Shown here: positions 1 to 9,466 of the stretch, piece by piece
Position numbering within the stretch: the first letter of the stretch is position 1
Layout of the letters: each line of letters starts with the position of its first letter
NCBI GenBank assembly: GCA_964196475.1
Contig: CAXMUI010000151.1
Coordinates: 1-51,905, forward strand
Reading direction: 5' to 3'
Origin: an uncultured Acidimicrobiia bacterium
GTDB taxonomy: Bacteria; Actinomycetota; Acidimicrobiia; Acidimicrobiales; JAHEJN01
Length of the DNA: 51,905 bases
Program-made: the position numbers and the translations under genes
Notes under the pieces: generated by a model
Database searches by the model: none
What the model was told of the DNA's origin: nothing
Seen by the model: only the letters and a program-made list of their open reading frames with translations

Positions 1-687
1 ATGGCTTCCTCATCTCACGCCACTGGCGCCCAAGAAATCCTCAACGTCATTGCCATCGATGGCCCGGCCGGGTCTGGTAAATCGACGGTCTCGCGACTCG
101 TGGCACAGCACCTTGGCCTTGAGTATCTCGATACGGGAGCGATGTACCGCGCCGTGGCATTCGCAGCCATTTCTCAGGACATTGACCCTGCCAACACAGA
201 GGACGTTGCCGCGCTAGTTTCCACTATCAACATGGAACTTGGCGTCGACACGGTGATCGTGAATGGGATTGACGCAACGACTCAGATCCGTGGGCCCGAA
301 GTGACACGAGCTGTAACAGCGGTGGCTGCCAATCCCGTTGTCCGAATCGAGATGCAGCGCCAACAACGAGAATGGGTCGCAGCGCGGGCCGGAGCGGTCG
401 TTGAGGGCCGAGACATTGGTTCCGCGGTGTTCCCCGATGCGCCGCTCAAGATCTATCTCACGGCCCGCTCCGATGTCCGAGCCGAGCGGCGGGGCAAGGA
501 AGACGAAAATCTCGATTATGGGGCGATAGCGACGGATCTCGCTCGCCGCGATATTGCGGACAGCAGTCGGGCGCACACGCCACTGAAGAAAGCCGATGGC
601 GCCATTGTGGTCGAGACATCAATGCTCGATGTCGAAGGCGTCGTAGCCGAAGTGCTTCGACTGCATAGCGAAGTAGGTATGGGCTGA
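1..687 (+). CDS. cmk: Cytidylate kinase
   Basis: IAIDGPAGSGKST P-loop, LDTGAMYR and EGRDIG motifs. Confidence 0.95.
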   Translation: MASSSHATGAQEILNVIAIDGPAGSGKSTVSRLVAQHLGLEYLDTGAMYRAVAFAAISQDIDPANTEDVAALVSTINMELGVDTVIVNGIDATTQIRGPEVTRAVTAVAANPVVRIEMQRQQREWVAARAGAVVEGRDIGSAVFPDAPLKIYLTARSDVRAERRGKEDENLDYGAIATDLARRDIADSSRAHTPLKKADGAIVVETSMLDVEGVVAEVLRLHSEVGMG

Positions 688-1403
688 TGGCCACTACCGA
701 AGCCGAACGACTGCATGGGGCAGAGTTGGGCTGGTTTTCCAATTTCCTTTATCGGTGGTTTCACTGGTTCACGAAGGCTCTGGTTGGCGTTTATTTTCGG
801 GCTTGGGTGATCAATCCTGAGAATCTTCCCGATGAGGGTCCGGTCATTATTTCCCCGGTCCACCGGTCAAATCTCGATGTTCCTCTACTGGGAATCACCT
901 GCAAACGTCGAGCACGGTATTTCGCCAAGGACAGCTTGTTTCGTACGCGTATCGGACGATGGATTGTTATTACGCTTGGCGGCTTTCCGGTAAAACGTGA
1001 TGCAACCGATCGAGCGGCGCTGCAGGCGGCGCAAGCCGTTCTGGAACGGGGCGAAGTGTTGGCCATGTTCCCCGAGGGCGAGCGTAAAGAAGGAACTGAG
1101 GTTCACGAACTCCTGCGTGGCGTTGCCTATGTTGCCGGTAAAGCCCAGGCACCGATCCTTCCTGTGGGTATTGGTGGAAGTCAACGGGGTATGCCGAAGG
1201 GCGTCTACTTTCCGCGGCCTCGCAAGATTACCTACATCTACGGCGAGCTAATTCAGCCGCCGGCGTTGTCGGGTAAACGTTTGCCAAAGGCCGAAATCAA
1301 TCGTGTTACTGAAGAACTCCACGCAGCCATTCAGGCACTATTCGACGAAGCGCAAGCCGCCGTCGGTGCTGATCATGATCGCCCGGTATTAGCGAGCGAG
1401 TGA
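687..1403 (+). CDS. plsC: 1-acyl-sn-glycerol-3-phosphate (lysophospholipid) acyltransferase
   Basis: HRSNLD (HxxxxD) and FPEGER motifs; start overlaps the cmk stop. Confidence 0.88.
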   Translation: MATTEAERLHGAELGWFSNFLYRWFHWFTKALVGVYFRAWVINPENLPDEGPVIISPVHRSNLDVPLLGITCKRRARYFAKDSLFRTRIGRWIVITLGGFPVKRDATDRAALQAAQAVLERGEVLAMFPEGERKEGTEVHELLRGVAYVAGKAQAPILPVGIGGSQRGMPKGVYFPRPRKITYIYGELIQPPALSGKRLPKAEINRVTEELHAAIQALFDEAQAAVGADHDRPVLASE

Positions 1404-2417
1404 ATCGAGGACGGTGCTGGCGCTGATTGAGCGGTCCGCAGTTGGTGCTGTCGTGGCGATGCCCATGGTGATTCGGAGCGCATCAGAGGCAGCGTCGGAC
1501 AAAGCCCGCAGTTGACGGGGCGGTGGAAAGTACTCTTGCTCTTCGGTCACGGTAATTTCTTCGACACCGTTGAGCGGCGCAAGCACGTCGATGACCTGCC
1601 GCACGAGATCTTCGGGAGCTGATGCGCCTGCAGTGAGGCCCACCTTGCCGTTGAGGTCATCGGGGAGTTCGCTGGCGGCGTTGATTCGGAGCACACGTGG
1701 GCACCCTGCTTCGATGGCGAGGCTCTCCAGAGCGGTGGTATTGGAAGAGTTGGCTGAGCCTACGACAACCATGACGTCGCATCGATCGACGATGGCGAGC
1801 AAAGCCGACTGGCGATTGGTGGTAGCGAAACAAAGGTCGCTTCGACCCGGTGTCCACATCTCCGGGTACCGATCTTGGGCCGCGGCCGCGACGTTTTCCC
1901 AATCTCGGTGACTGAGGGTTGTTTGGGCGAGCAGTGCTACGGGTTCGTCAAACTCTGGCAATGCCGCCACTTCGGCAACCGATTGAACCCGTGAGATTGA
2001 CAGCGGAGCGACGGCCATCGTCCCTTCGGCTTCTTCGTGGCCTTCGTGGCCGACATACACGATGCGGTAACCCCGTGCGGCGCGAACCTTGACTTCGTGG
2101 TGCACCTTGGTAACGAGTGGGCATACGGCGTCCACCGCGAAACGTCCAGTTTCGCCGGCCGCTGCGACGACCTCTGGGGCTGAACCGTGGGCGGACAACA
2201 TGACCGGCGAACCTGCGGGCACCTCGGTGATGTCGTTGACGAAGGTGACGCCGAGGGACTCGAAGCGTTCGACAACGCGGGCATTGTGAACAATTTCGTG
2301 GTAGCAGTAGACCGGCCCGTCGAAGGTGCGGACCATCCAGCCCAGTGCCTTGATGGCCATCTCGACGCCAGCACAAAACCCGCGGGGAGCGGCCAGCAAT
2401 ATCTTGTCAACAGCCAT
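1389..2417 (-). CDS. ispH: 4-hydroxy-3-methylbut-2-enyl diphosphate reductase
   Basis: PRGFCAGV, DAVCPLVTKVH, LCFATTNRQ, SANSSN and TAGASAP motifs. Confidence 0.96.
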   Translation of the reverse strand: MAVDKILLAAPRGFCAGVEMAIKALGWMVRTFDGPVYCYHEIVHNARVVERFESLGVTFVNDITEVPAGSPVMLSAHGSAPEVVAAAGETGRFAVDAVCPLVTKVHHEVKVRAARGYRIVYVGHEGHEEAEGTMAVAPLSISRVQSVAEVAALPEFDEPVALLAQTTLSHRDWENVAAAAQDRYPEMWTPGRSDLCFATTNRQSALLAIVDRCDVMVVVGSANSSNTTALESLAIEAGCPRVLRINAASELPDDLNGKVGLTAGASAPEDLVRQVIDVLAPLNGVEEITVTEEQEYFPPPRQLRALSDAASDALRITMGIATTAPTADRSISASTVLDSLAR

Positions 2418-2496
2418 ACCGCAAGGCTATGCGACTTCGGACACATTTGAGCGGAACCCCGAGCGCTATGGCGCAGCGCTAGTAGCCTAGTGAGCT

Positions 2497-3885
2497 GTGT
2501 CGTATCCAAGAGTTACCGGGATAACACCCGACTCAGCTGCCGCCGAGGCTGGCATCGTGGTGGGTGATGAGTTTGTCGCGATTAACGGCGAACGCCCTCG
2601 TGACATTCTTGAGTATCAACGGCTGGTAGATGAAACCGAACTGGTAATTGACATCAGCCGCGGTGGTCTGGAATTTGCGGTCGAGATTGAGAAGGCGGCC
2701 GGAGCGCCATTGGGTGCCGATATCGAGTCCGCGCTATTTGACCAGGTCCGCACCTGCGACAACCATTGCGAGTTTTGTTTTATCTATCAACTGCCCCCTG
2801 GGATGCGAAAGAGTCTCTACCTCAAAGACGACGACTACCGGCTGTCATTTCTGTACGGCAATTTCACGACGCTCACGCGGTTCACCGAGGCTGACCTCGA
2901 GCGCGTGATAGACGAACGACTGTCGCCGATCAACGTAAGCATTCATGCGATCGATCTAGATGCCCGAAACGAAATGCTTCGCAATCGCAGGGGTGGGCCC
3001 ACTCTTCGGTGGCTCCGTGCGCTTTTGGACGCCGGCATCGAAGTTCATGGACAGGTTGTGGTGTGTCCCGGCTTAAACGACGGTGCGGTGCTCGATGACA
3101 CCTTGGCATCGGTCCTCGATCGATTCCCTGAACTTGCGAGTGTCTGTGTGGTTCCCTTAGGGGTAAGTAAGTTCAATCCGGAACCTCGCATGAGGGCCCA
3201 CACTCGCGAAGAGTCAGTAGTTGTGGTTGAAACCGTCGAGGATTGGCAGGACATTTTCCTGCGAGTATTGGGCCGACGCATGGTGTTCTTGGCCGATGAG
3301 TATTACCTGTTGGCTGATCGCGAGTTCGCCAGCTCCGAAACCTACGAAGGTTTTGCGATGTACGAAGACGGCGTCGGAATGGTCCGCACCTTCCAAGCTG
3401 AGTTTCACGGCGAGACTCAGGAAGCGCAGCGCCCCGGTGCTGGCTTCTTTGCATGGGTCGATGGCGCCCCCGCCGAGGGGTACCGAGCGCCCCGAGCGCC
3501 TGGATCGGTCACTATCATGCCGCGTGCTAGTGCCCCAGTGGCCATCCTCACCGGTCCGCTGGCGGCCGAGCCAATGCGCAAACTGGTAGCCGAACTCGAT
3601 CGCGACGATGTTCGTGTAATTGCGGTCGCTAACGAGTTCTTTGGAGGCAATGTTGGCGTTGCTGGCCTGATGGTTGGCAGTGACCTGCAACGAGTTCTTG
3701 CCGACGAACCCGCCGGACATCGCTACCTGCTTCCTGACGTGTGCCTATCAAGTGACACCTTTCTCGATGGCACAACCCCTGCAGATCTTCCTCTGCCGGT
3801 CGAAATTATTCCTACCGACGGCATTGCGCTGCGCGAAGCGCTCGCACTCCAACCGTCTGCTACCTCTGTAGAGCTGGTCTCATGA
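2497..3885 (+). CDS. PDZ + radical-SAM-like Fe-S protein, DUF512 family
   Basis: N-terminal PDZ-like segment, CDNHCEFC (CxxxCxxC), QLPPGMRKSLYLKDDDYRLSFLYGNF, LADEYY and EDGVGM motifs. Confidence 0.88.
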   Translation: MSYPRVTGITPDSAAAEAGIVVGDEFVAINGERPRDILEYQRLVDETELVIDISRGGLEFAVEIEKAAGAPLGADIESALFDQVRTCDNHCEFCFIYQLPPGMRKSLYLKDDDYRLSFLYGNFTTLTRFTEADLERVIDERLSPINVSIHAIDLDARNEMLRNRRGGPTLRWLRALLDAGIEVHGQVVVCPGLNDGAVLDDTLASVLDRFPELASVCVVPLGVSKFNPEPRMRAHTREESVVVVETVEDWQDIFLRVLGRRMVFLADEYYLLADREFASSETYEGFAMYEDGVGMVRTFQAEFHGETQEAQRPGAGFFAWVDGAPAEGYRAPRAPGSVTIMPRASAPVAILTGPLAAEPMRKLVAELDRDDVRVIAVANEFFGGNVGVAGLMVGSDLQRVLADEPAGHRYLLPDVCLSSDTFLDGTTPADLPLPVEIIPTDGIALREALALQPSATSVELVS

Positions 3886-5195
3886 GTCTTCCAACTGTTG
3901 TAATTGCCGGCCGACCAAACGTCGGCAAATCTACGCTGATGAACCGAATTTACGGAAGTCGCGAAGCCATTGTCGAGGAGCGCCCCGGCGTCACCCGAGA
4001 CCGCAAGTCCGTCGAAGCCGAGTGGCTCGGCCGCCACTTCACCGTGGTAGATACCGGCGGCTGGATGGCCGCTGATGCCGATCACATCGATGGCAAAGTT
4101 GCGCGCCAGGCCGAAGAGGGCATCGCCGAGGCCGACCTTGTGTTGTTCGTCGTCGACGGAACCGTCGGAGCGACCGACGCTGATGCTCAGGTGGCCGAAG
4201 TCCTGCGACGCACCGGTGTCCCGGTGTTGCTTGTGGCCAACAAGGTTGATGATGCCAAACACGAAAGTGGCATCTGGGATCTCATGTCGCTTGGCATGGG
4301 GGAGCCGTTCCCTATCAGCGCGCTGCACAGCCGTGGTACGGGCGATCTACTGGATGCAGTAATCGAGCGCTTCGACGAGGCCGACATGGCGGCGGAGAAC
4401 ATTGCCGCCAACACGGGCGAGGACGACATGTTGGCCATCTCTATCGTCGGCCGACCCAACGTGGGCAAGTCCACCTTGTTCAACCAACTTGTCGGTGACG
4501 AGCGTGCCGTTGTTCACGACATGCCCGGGACCACCCGCGACAGTGTCGACACGTTGATCGAAACCGAATTCGGGACGATCAAGTTGGTGGATACCGCCGG
4601 CATGCGACGTAAGGCCCGTATCGAGGACGACACCGAGTATTACTCGATGATTCGCGCCTTGGCCACCGTGGACTATTGCGACGTGGCTCTGCTGGTTATC
4701 GATGCCACCGATGGCATTACCCACCAAGACCAGCGACTCGCCGAACGTATCGACGGCGCCGGGTGTCCGGTAGTCATTGTGCTCAATAAATGGGAACTAC
4801 CGACCAACGAAGACCGGCGCGAGGTCGAATATCAGATCGAACAGAAGATGCACTTTCTGGCCAATGCACCGATTCTCAAGATCAGTGCGCTCACCGGAAA
4901 GGGAGTTAAGCGTCTGTTGCCAACCCTGCAAGAAGTTATTGGCGACTACAGCACCCGCATCCCAACACGCGAAGTAAACCAAGTACTCCGTAAAGCTCAG
5001 GCCTTGCATCGTGCGCCTGACGGAGCCCGTGTCCTGTACGGATTGCAAGGGGCTACCAATCCTCCCACCTTCACGTTTTTCGCCAATCACAAGCTGCACC
5101 CGACCTATTTGCGCTATCTCGAGCGGTCATTGCGCGAAGAATTTAAGCTCGGCAGCACTCCAATCAAGATTAGGGTTCGTCGCCGGTCCGAGTAG
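3882..5195 (+). CDS. der: Ribosome biogenesis GTPase Der (EngA)
   Basis: Two GRPNVGKST G-domains, DTGG/DTAG, NKVD/NKWE and a C-terminal KH-like domain. Confidence 0.97.
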   Translation: MSLPTVVIAGRPNVGKSTLMNRIYGSREAIVEERPGVTRDRKSVEAEWLGRHFTVVDTGGWMAADADHIDGKVARQAEEGIAEADLVLFVVDGTVGATDADAQVAEVLRRTGVPVLLVANKVDDAKHESGIWDLMSLGMGEPFPISALHSRGTGDLLDAVIERFDEADMAAENIAANTGEDDMLAISIVGRPNVGKSTLFNQLVGDERAVVHDMPGTTRDSVDTLIETEFGTIKLVDTAGMRRKARIEDDTEYYSMIRALATVDYCDVALLVIDATDGITHQDQRLAERIDGAGCPVVIVLNKWELPTNEDRREVEYQIEQKMHFLANAPILKISALTGKGVKRLLPTLQEVIGDYSTRIPTREVNQVLRKAQALHRAPDGARVLYGLQGATNPPTFTFFANHKLHPTYLRYLERSLREEFKLGSTPIKIRVRRRSE

Positions 5196-5248
5196 ACCAT
5201 TTTTGCGTTGAAACCCCTATATGGCATCGGGGCAACTACCATCTGTCC

Positions 5249-6358
5249 ATGGTTACTGGCCTTCTCCTCATAGTTGCCGCGGTGTGTGCCGTTGCGGCTG
5301 GCGCATGGGCGCGGTCGCTCGGTTTCCGTTACACGTTTGTCCGACGCCTCGAAGATCAGGTCAACGCGGCGGTCGGCGACAACGAGGACAGCCAGCAACT
5401 TGACGACGCACTAACGGTTGCCCGGTCGGCCTTTCGGCGCGAAGCACATGCCACGCTCCTGTATTTTCTGTTGGCCATCGCAATGCTTGTCGTGGCATTT
5501 ACCTCGGGCCGGTCCTGGGTTGGTCTGTTTGGTCTGGTTGCGGTGCCGGCCATCATCTCGGTTGTGTGGGCTCGTAACGCGGTAATCGATGCGCGAGCAG
5601 CCGAATCGCGTTTCGAAGTTGAGCGTCGTGCCGAGGAAGCTTTAGCTCAGGAAGATCTTGCTCCCAAAGCGTGGGCCAGTCGTTTGGCACCCGACGAGTT
5701 GCCCGCCTTCGGTGGATTCGAAGTTGGTCGCGTTTACCAGGCCGGTTCCGGGTTGATGGCGGGTGACTTCTTCGACATTTTTCATGTGTCGCCCACCCGT
5801 CTTGCTGCGGTGATCGGCGATGTGTCTGGGCACGGCGTCGAGTCGTCAATTTCCGCCTTCCAGGCCAAATATCTTTTGCGGGTGTTCCTTCGCGAGTTTC
5901 GTGATCCTGCTCAGGCACTCGAAGAACTCAACCGCACCATGAGCGACACCGACCGTACCGAGGAGTTTATTTCCTTGGTGGTCGTGGTATTCGATACGGC
6001 GGCGAAGACCCTTCGTTATGTATCTGCGGGTCACCCGGCGGCGATGTTTTGGCACGAACGCGAGATTCATCCGCTGGCCGCAACCGGACCACTGGTGATG
6101 CTGGATCCTAAGGGCGAGTACTTCTCACGCGAACTTCCACTGGGCGAAGATGACATGTTGTTGATGTACACCGACGGCTTGTCCGAAGTGCGGCGCAACG
6201 GCGAACAATTTGGCGAAGAGCGTATTGCCACGGTTATGCGTCGTGATCCGGGTATCAGCCCAGATGTGTTGTGCAAGCAGTTACTCGAGGTAGCTCGGGA
6301 TTATGCGGCTGGTCCTATCGATGATGATGTTGCCATCATGGCCATCCGACACACGTAG
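5249..6358 (+). CDS. Membrane-anchored PP2C/SpoIIE-family Ser/Thr phosphatase
   Basis: About 3 N-terminal hydrophobic helices; AGDFFD, IGDVSGHG, SAGH, YTDGLSE and DDDVA motifs. Confidence 0.9.
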   Translation: MVTGLLLIVAAVCAVAAGAWARSLGFRYTFVRRLEDQVNAAVGDNEDSQQLDDALTVARSAFRREAHATLLYFLLAIAMLVVAFTSGRSWVGLFGLVAVPAIISVVWARNAVIDARAAESRFEVERRAEEALAQEDLAPKAWASRLAPDELPAFGGFEVGRVYQAGSGLMAGDFFDIFHVSPTRLAAVIGDVSGHGVESSISAFQAKYLLRVFLREFRDPAQALEELNRTMSDTDRTEEFISLVVVVFDTAAKTLRYVSAGHPAAMFWHEREIHPLAATGPLVMLDPKGEYFSRELPLGEDDMLLMYTDGLSEVRRNGEQFGEERIATVMRRDPGISPDVLCKQLLEVARDYAAGPIDDDVAIMAIRHT

Positions 6359-6369
6359 ACAGCGCTGAG

Positions 6370-6585
6370 ATGCCCTGGTGCGACCCCTGTGCCAAGTTCT
6401 ATAGTCCCAACGCCGCCAACGTTGATGGTACGTGTCCTGTGTGTGAGACGGCTTTAGACGCCCCGGATACGGTGGTGGAGCGCAACACCGTGCCCTGGCA
6501 TTTCTGGGTACTGGTGGCGTGTGCGAGTATCTATTTGGGTTGGCGAGCGATACAAGGTTTTATCGCCTTAATCGGGGCCTTCTAG
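6370..6585 (+). CDS. Small Zn-ribbon protein with a C-terminal TM helix, hypothetical
   Basis: CDPC...CPVC pairs, then a hydrophobic PWHFWVLVACASIYLGW helix; fills the gap before the tRNA. Confidence 0.72.
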   Translation: MPWCDPCAKFYSPNAANVDGTCPVCETALDAPDTVVERNTVPWHFWVLVACASIYLGWRAIQGFIALIGAF

Positions 6586-6628
6586 GGTCCCATTCGTGTC
6601 TTGTGCGGTTAGGGTATTCGTCGCACCA

Positions 6629-6703
6629 CGGGCTGTGGCGCAGCTTGGTTAGCGCGTCGGTCTGGGGGACCGAAGGTCGGAGGTTCAAATCCTCTCAGCC
6701 CGA
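6629..6703 (+). tRNA. tRNA-Pro(GGG)
   Basis: Acceptor stem CGGGCTG/CAGCCCG; anticodon stem TCGGT/ACCGA with loop CT-GGG-GG; T-loop GGTTCAAATCC; CCA not encoded. Confidence 0.96.
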
Positions 6704-6727
6704 CAAGTAGAGACACAGGTCACGAGA

Positions 6728-6990
6728 CTAAAGAATCTCACTGTGTAGTCGAGTAATTGGCTCTGGGGCGCGTATGGGTCGCGGCGGCAAAGGTCTGCTC
6801 GATAAAACAGAGGTCAACCGTTCCTCTAGAGCATCGATAAGCGACGTCTCTAGCAACGAAAATGGGTGCCCGCAGGTATGTAGTCTGGTCGTTTCCGATG
6901 AGTGACCGAGGCGCTTCATCATCGCCCGAGGATGCGCCCCGAGGTCGATCATTGTGTCTCCTTGAGCTGAGGGAGGGCGGAGTCGTAGAC
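6728..6990 (-). pseudogene. Tyrosine integrase C-terminal remnant
   Basis: MIDLGAHPRAMMKRLGHSSETTRLHTCGHPF resembles box II (G.HPK.I..RLGHS....T...YGH) with the catalytic Tyr replaced by Cys; a decayed HDLRH-like stretch lies near 6965-6987; N-terminal domains are missing. Confidence 0.72.
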
Positions 6991-7146
6991 GCCTGAAGTA
7001 ACCGCAAACGCTCCAGACCTCGCTCGACCGTTTGATTGGTCGCGTTGGCTCAATTTGGGGCGCGCCTAACGATGGCAACCCATCAGCTGCCCGTTCATAC
7101 GTTGTGCTACAACGGTTGCGTTCGTTGGTAATCGAAGGGGCGTGCG

Positions 7147-9324
7147 ATGTTCACAGTTGAGGTCGACCATTCCGGCACGGTGGGACGGGTTCTATCGACA
7201 TGCCCGAACCCGGCCGAGGCGGGGTCGATCTCGAGTTGGACAGTGTCGATCGACACGACAGGGCCGATCGAACCTGGCGGCCGCATAGCGCTCGTTCGTC
7301 GCTGGCCCAGCGACTGGGGCCTGCCACAGGCAAGTGATCCCATGGCCCCCGACTTCCTCACGGTGCACGCTGCAAGCGGCGCTCCGCTGCGGTGGTGGAC
7401 CGAACTCGTGTATCCGTGGCACCCATTTGACCACGTTCTGTATGTGGAGATGCTGACGCTACTCCCAGCGGGGGATCGCATCGAGTTTCGATTCGGTGAC
7501 ACCCGACGCGGCTCTCCGGGAGCAAATGTCCAGACGTTTATCGAAGAAGCGTCCCCGCTCAGTGTCCGTCTCCTCAACCAACCCGGCGGCAACTGGACCG
7601 AGATTGCCCGCGTTGAGGTAGCTGTCGAAGGTACGGATCCACACACCCTCGTCGCCTCGGCGCCGAGCCGGGTAGCGGCCGGGGAGTCGTTCGAGATCCA
7701 CCTCCGGGTCGAAGACATTTGGGGAAACCCGGCCAGCGGCTTTGATGCCGAGTTCGAGATCGAAACAGGTGAGAACCGAGGTGGTCGAGTCCGATCAGCC
7801 GAGGGAAGCTTCACCCGCTTAGAGACGGTTCTGCTTGAGACTGGGGTCCACCGTCTCCGGGTCAGTCAACGCGACGGCGGACTCGTCGCCGTGACGAACC
7901 CCATTGTTGTTGAACCGCATCCAGAAGAACGTTTGTATTGGGGCGATATACACGCCCAATCGCTGGTCGGATGCGGTGCGCGATCGGTGCCCAACTACTA
8001 CCGCCATGCACGCGACTTCGCCGCCTGTGACGTCGGTAGCCATCAAGCCAACTGCTATATGGTCACCGCACCCGAATGGGAAGAAACCGCTTCAACGACG
8101 GCTGCGATGCACGAACCGGGTCAATTCGTTCCACTCCTGGGTGTGGAATGGTCGGCACTCACCCCACTTGGCGGTGACCGAAACCTCTACTTTCCCGGTG
8201 ATGATGCCCAGCTTCGTCGGTGCAGCCACGAGTTCGTCGAAGACCTCGCGGACCTCGACACTGACCTATCTCACGTCGACAATCTTCACGACCACTATCG
8301 AGAACAGGATGTCATCATCGCCTTGCATGTCGGGGGACGTACCGCGAACCTGCGCTGGCATGAACCGAAGGTCGAGCGTTTGATCGAGGTGCACTCGACT
8401 CATGCCACGTCCGAGTGGTTCCTGCTCGATGCACTCGAGCGGGGCTACCGTATGGGCGTCATCGCCGGGAGTGATGGCGTTGACGGACGACCAGGCGCCA
8501 GCCACCCAGGTCACATGGCCGTGCGAAATGTGCGCGGCGGACTGACGGCATTTGCCCTGCCCGAACTGACGCGCGAAGCACTCTGGCAGGGGATGCGCGA
8601 ACGCCGCTGCTACGCAACGACCGGCGAGCGTATTTTCCTTGATTTCGAAGTGGACGGACACCCGTACGGCACCGAGTACTCGGGGGGCGGGCCTCCTATG
8701 ATTCGATTTCGGGTGGAGGGGACTGCGGCGCTCGAATCGGTCGAGATTTGGCGTGGCACGCAGCGAATTTACGAAGTGCCGCTCGAACCCACCGACTCTT
8801 CCCCATCAGACTCGATCCGCGTTGCCTGGCGTGGAACCAGTGCCCAGGGCAACTGGCGACAAGCACGAATGGTCTGGGACGGTTGCTTGCGCCTCGGCGG
8901 CGCACAAATCATCAAAGCAAACGGACACGCATTCGATTCTCCCGATGAGGGCCTCACCGAATGGACGCAGACCTCTGCCAACTGGCAGTCCGTGACGGCC
9001 GGCGATTGGGACGGTGTGGTGCTGCAACTCAACGGGTTGCACTCGCCTGACGCGACGCTTGAGTTCACCACCGACCCGATGACGTTCACGGTACCGCTGG
9101 CCGAGCTAGACACTGGGTCGTTCGTTGTCGCTGCTGCCGACCCTGCCCGCACCGTGCGAGTGGAGCGCTTGCCGGTCGGACTTCCACCCCCATCGTGCGC
9201 AGGAACATTTGTTGATACTGATCCACAACCTGGCTGGAATTCGTATTGGCTGCGGGTGTTGCAGCACGACGGAGCCCAAGCCTGGTCGAGTCCCGTGTTT
9301 GCGAGTTTCCCTGGCTCCAAGTGA
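7147..9324 (+). CDS. DUF3604-like protein with a PHP-type metallohydrolase core
   Basis: LYWGDIHAQS, LGVEWS, GGDRN, IEVHSTH, AGSDG and LTREALWQGMRERRCYATTG motifs; C-terminal YWLRVLQHDGAQAWSSP; SD-like GAAGGGG upstream. Confidence 0.82.
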   Translation: MFTVEVDHSGTVGRVLSTCPNPAEAGSISSWTVSIDTTGPIEPGGRIALVRRWPSDWGLPQASDPMAPDFLTVHAASGAPLRWWTELVYPWHPFDHVLYVEMLTLLPAGDRIEFRFGDTRRGSPGANVQTFIEEASPLSVRLLNQPGGNWTEIARVEVAVEGTDPHTLVASAPSRVAAGESFEIHLRVEDIWGNPASGFDAEFEIETGENRGGRVRSAEGSFTRLETVLLETGVHRLRVSQRDGGLVAVTNPIVVEPHPEERLYWGDIHAQSLVGCGARSVPNYYRHARDFAACDVGSHQANCYMVTAPEWEETASTTAAMHEPGQFVPLLGVEWSALTPLGGDRNLYFPGDDAQLRRCSHEFVEDLADLDTDLSHVDNLHDHYREQDVIIALHVGGRTANLRWHEPKVERLIEVHSTHATSEWFLLDALERGYRMGVIAGSDGVDGRPGASHPGHMAVRNVRGGLTAFALPELTREALWQGMRERRCYATTGERIFLDFEVDGHPYGTEYSGGGPPMIRFRVEGTAALESVEIWRGTQRIYEVPLEPTDSSPSDSIRVAWRGTSAQGNWRQARMVWDGCLRLGGAQIIKANGHAFDSPDEGLTEWTQTSANWQSVTAGDWDGVVLQLNGLHSPDATLEFTTDPMTFTVPLAELDTGSFVVAAADPARTVRVERLPVGLPPPSCAGTFVDTDPQPGWNSYWLRVLQHDGAQAWSSPVFASFPGSK

Positions 9325-9423
9325 CCCGGCCCCCATCAGACGTGTAGAGAACCGAAGGGAACAACATGCCCAGAACCATCACAGTAGCGGATACTGGCAG
9401 GCCGGAGAACTGCCCTCTACAAA

Positions 9424-9466
9424 CTGGGGACCGAAAGCCGGAGGTTCAAATCCTCTCAGCCCGACA
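9424..9466 (+). repeat. Duplicated 3' half of tRNA-Pro (attR-like)
   Basis: 9439-9466 is identical to 6678-6705 (28 bp); the match extends to the anticodon loop with 2 substitutions and 1 deletion. Confidence 0.93.

Larger units (their letters stand above)
6678..9466. mobile_element. Degenerate tRNA-Pro-integrated genomic islet (attL to attR)
   Basis: Bounded by a direct repeat of the tRNA 3' end; contains an integrase remnant and one cargo gene. Confidence 0.8.

Noticed and set aside
7107-7814. 235-aa minus-strand ORF as a possible integrase N-terminus
   Set aside because: Antisense to the DUF3604-like gene, with no integrase motifs.
9424-9466. Second tRNA-Pro gene
   Set aside because: Lacks the 5' acceptor strand and D-arm; it is an att repeat.
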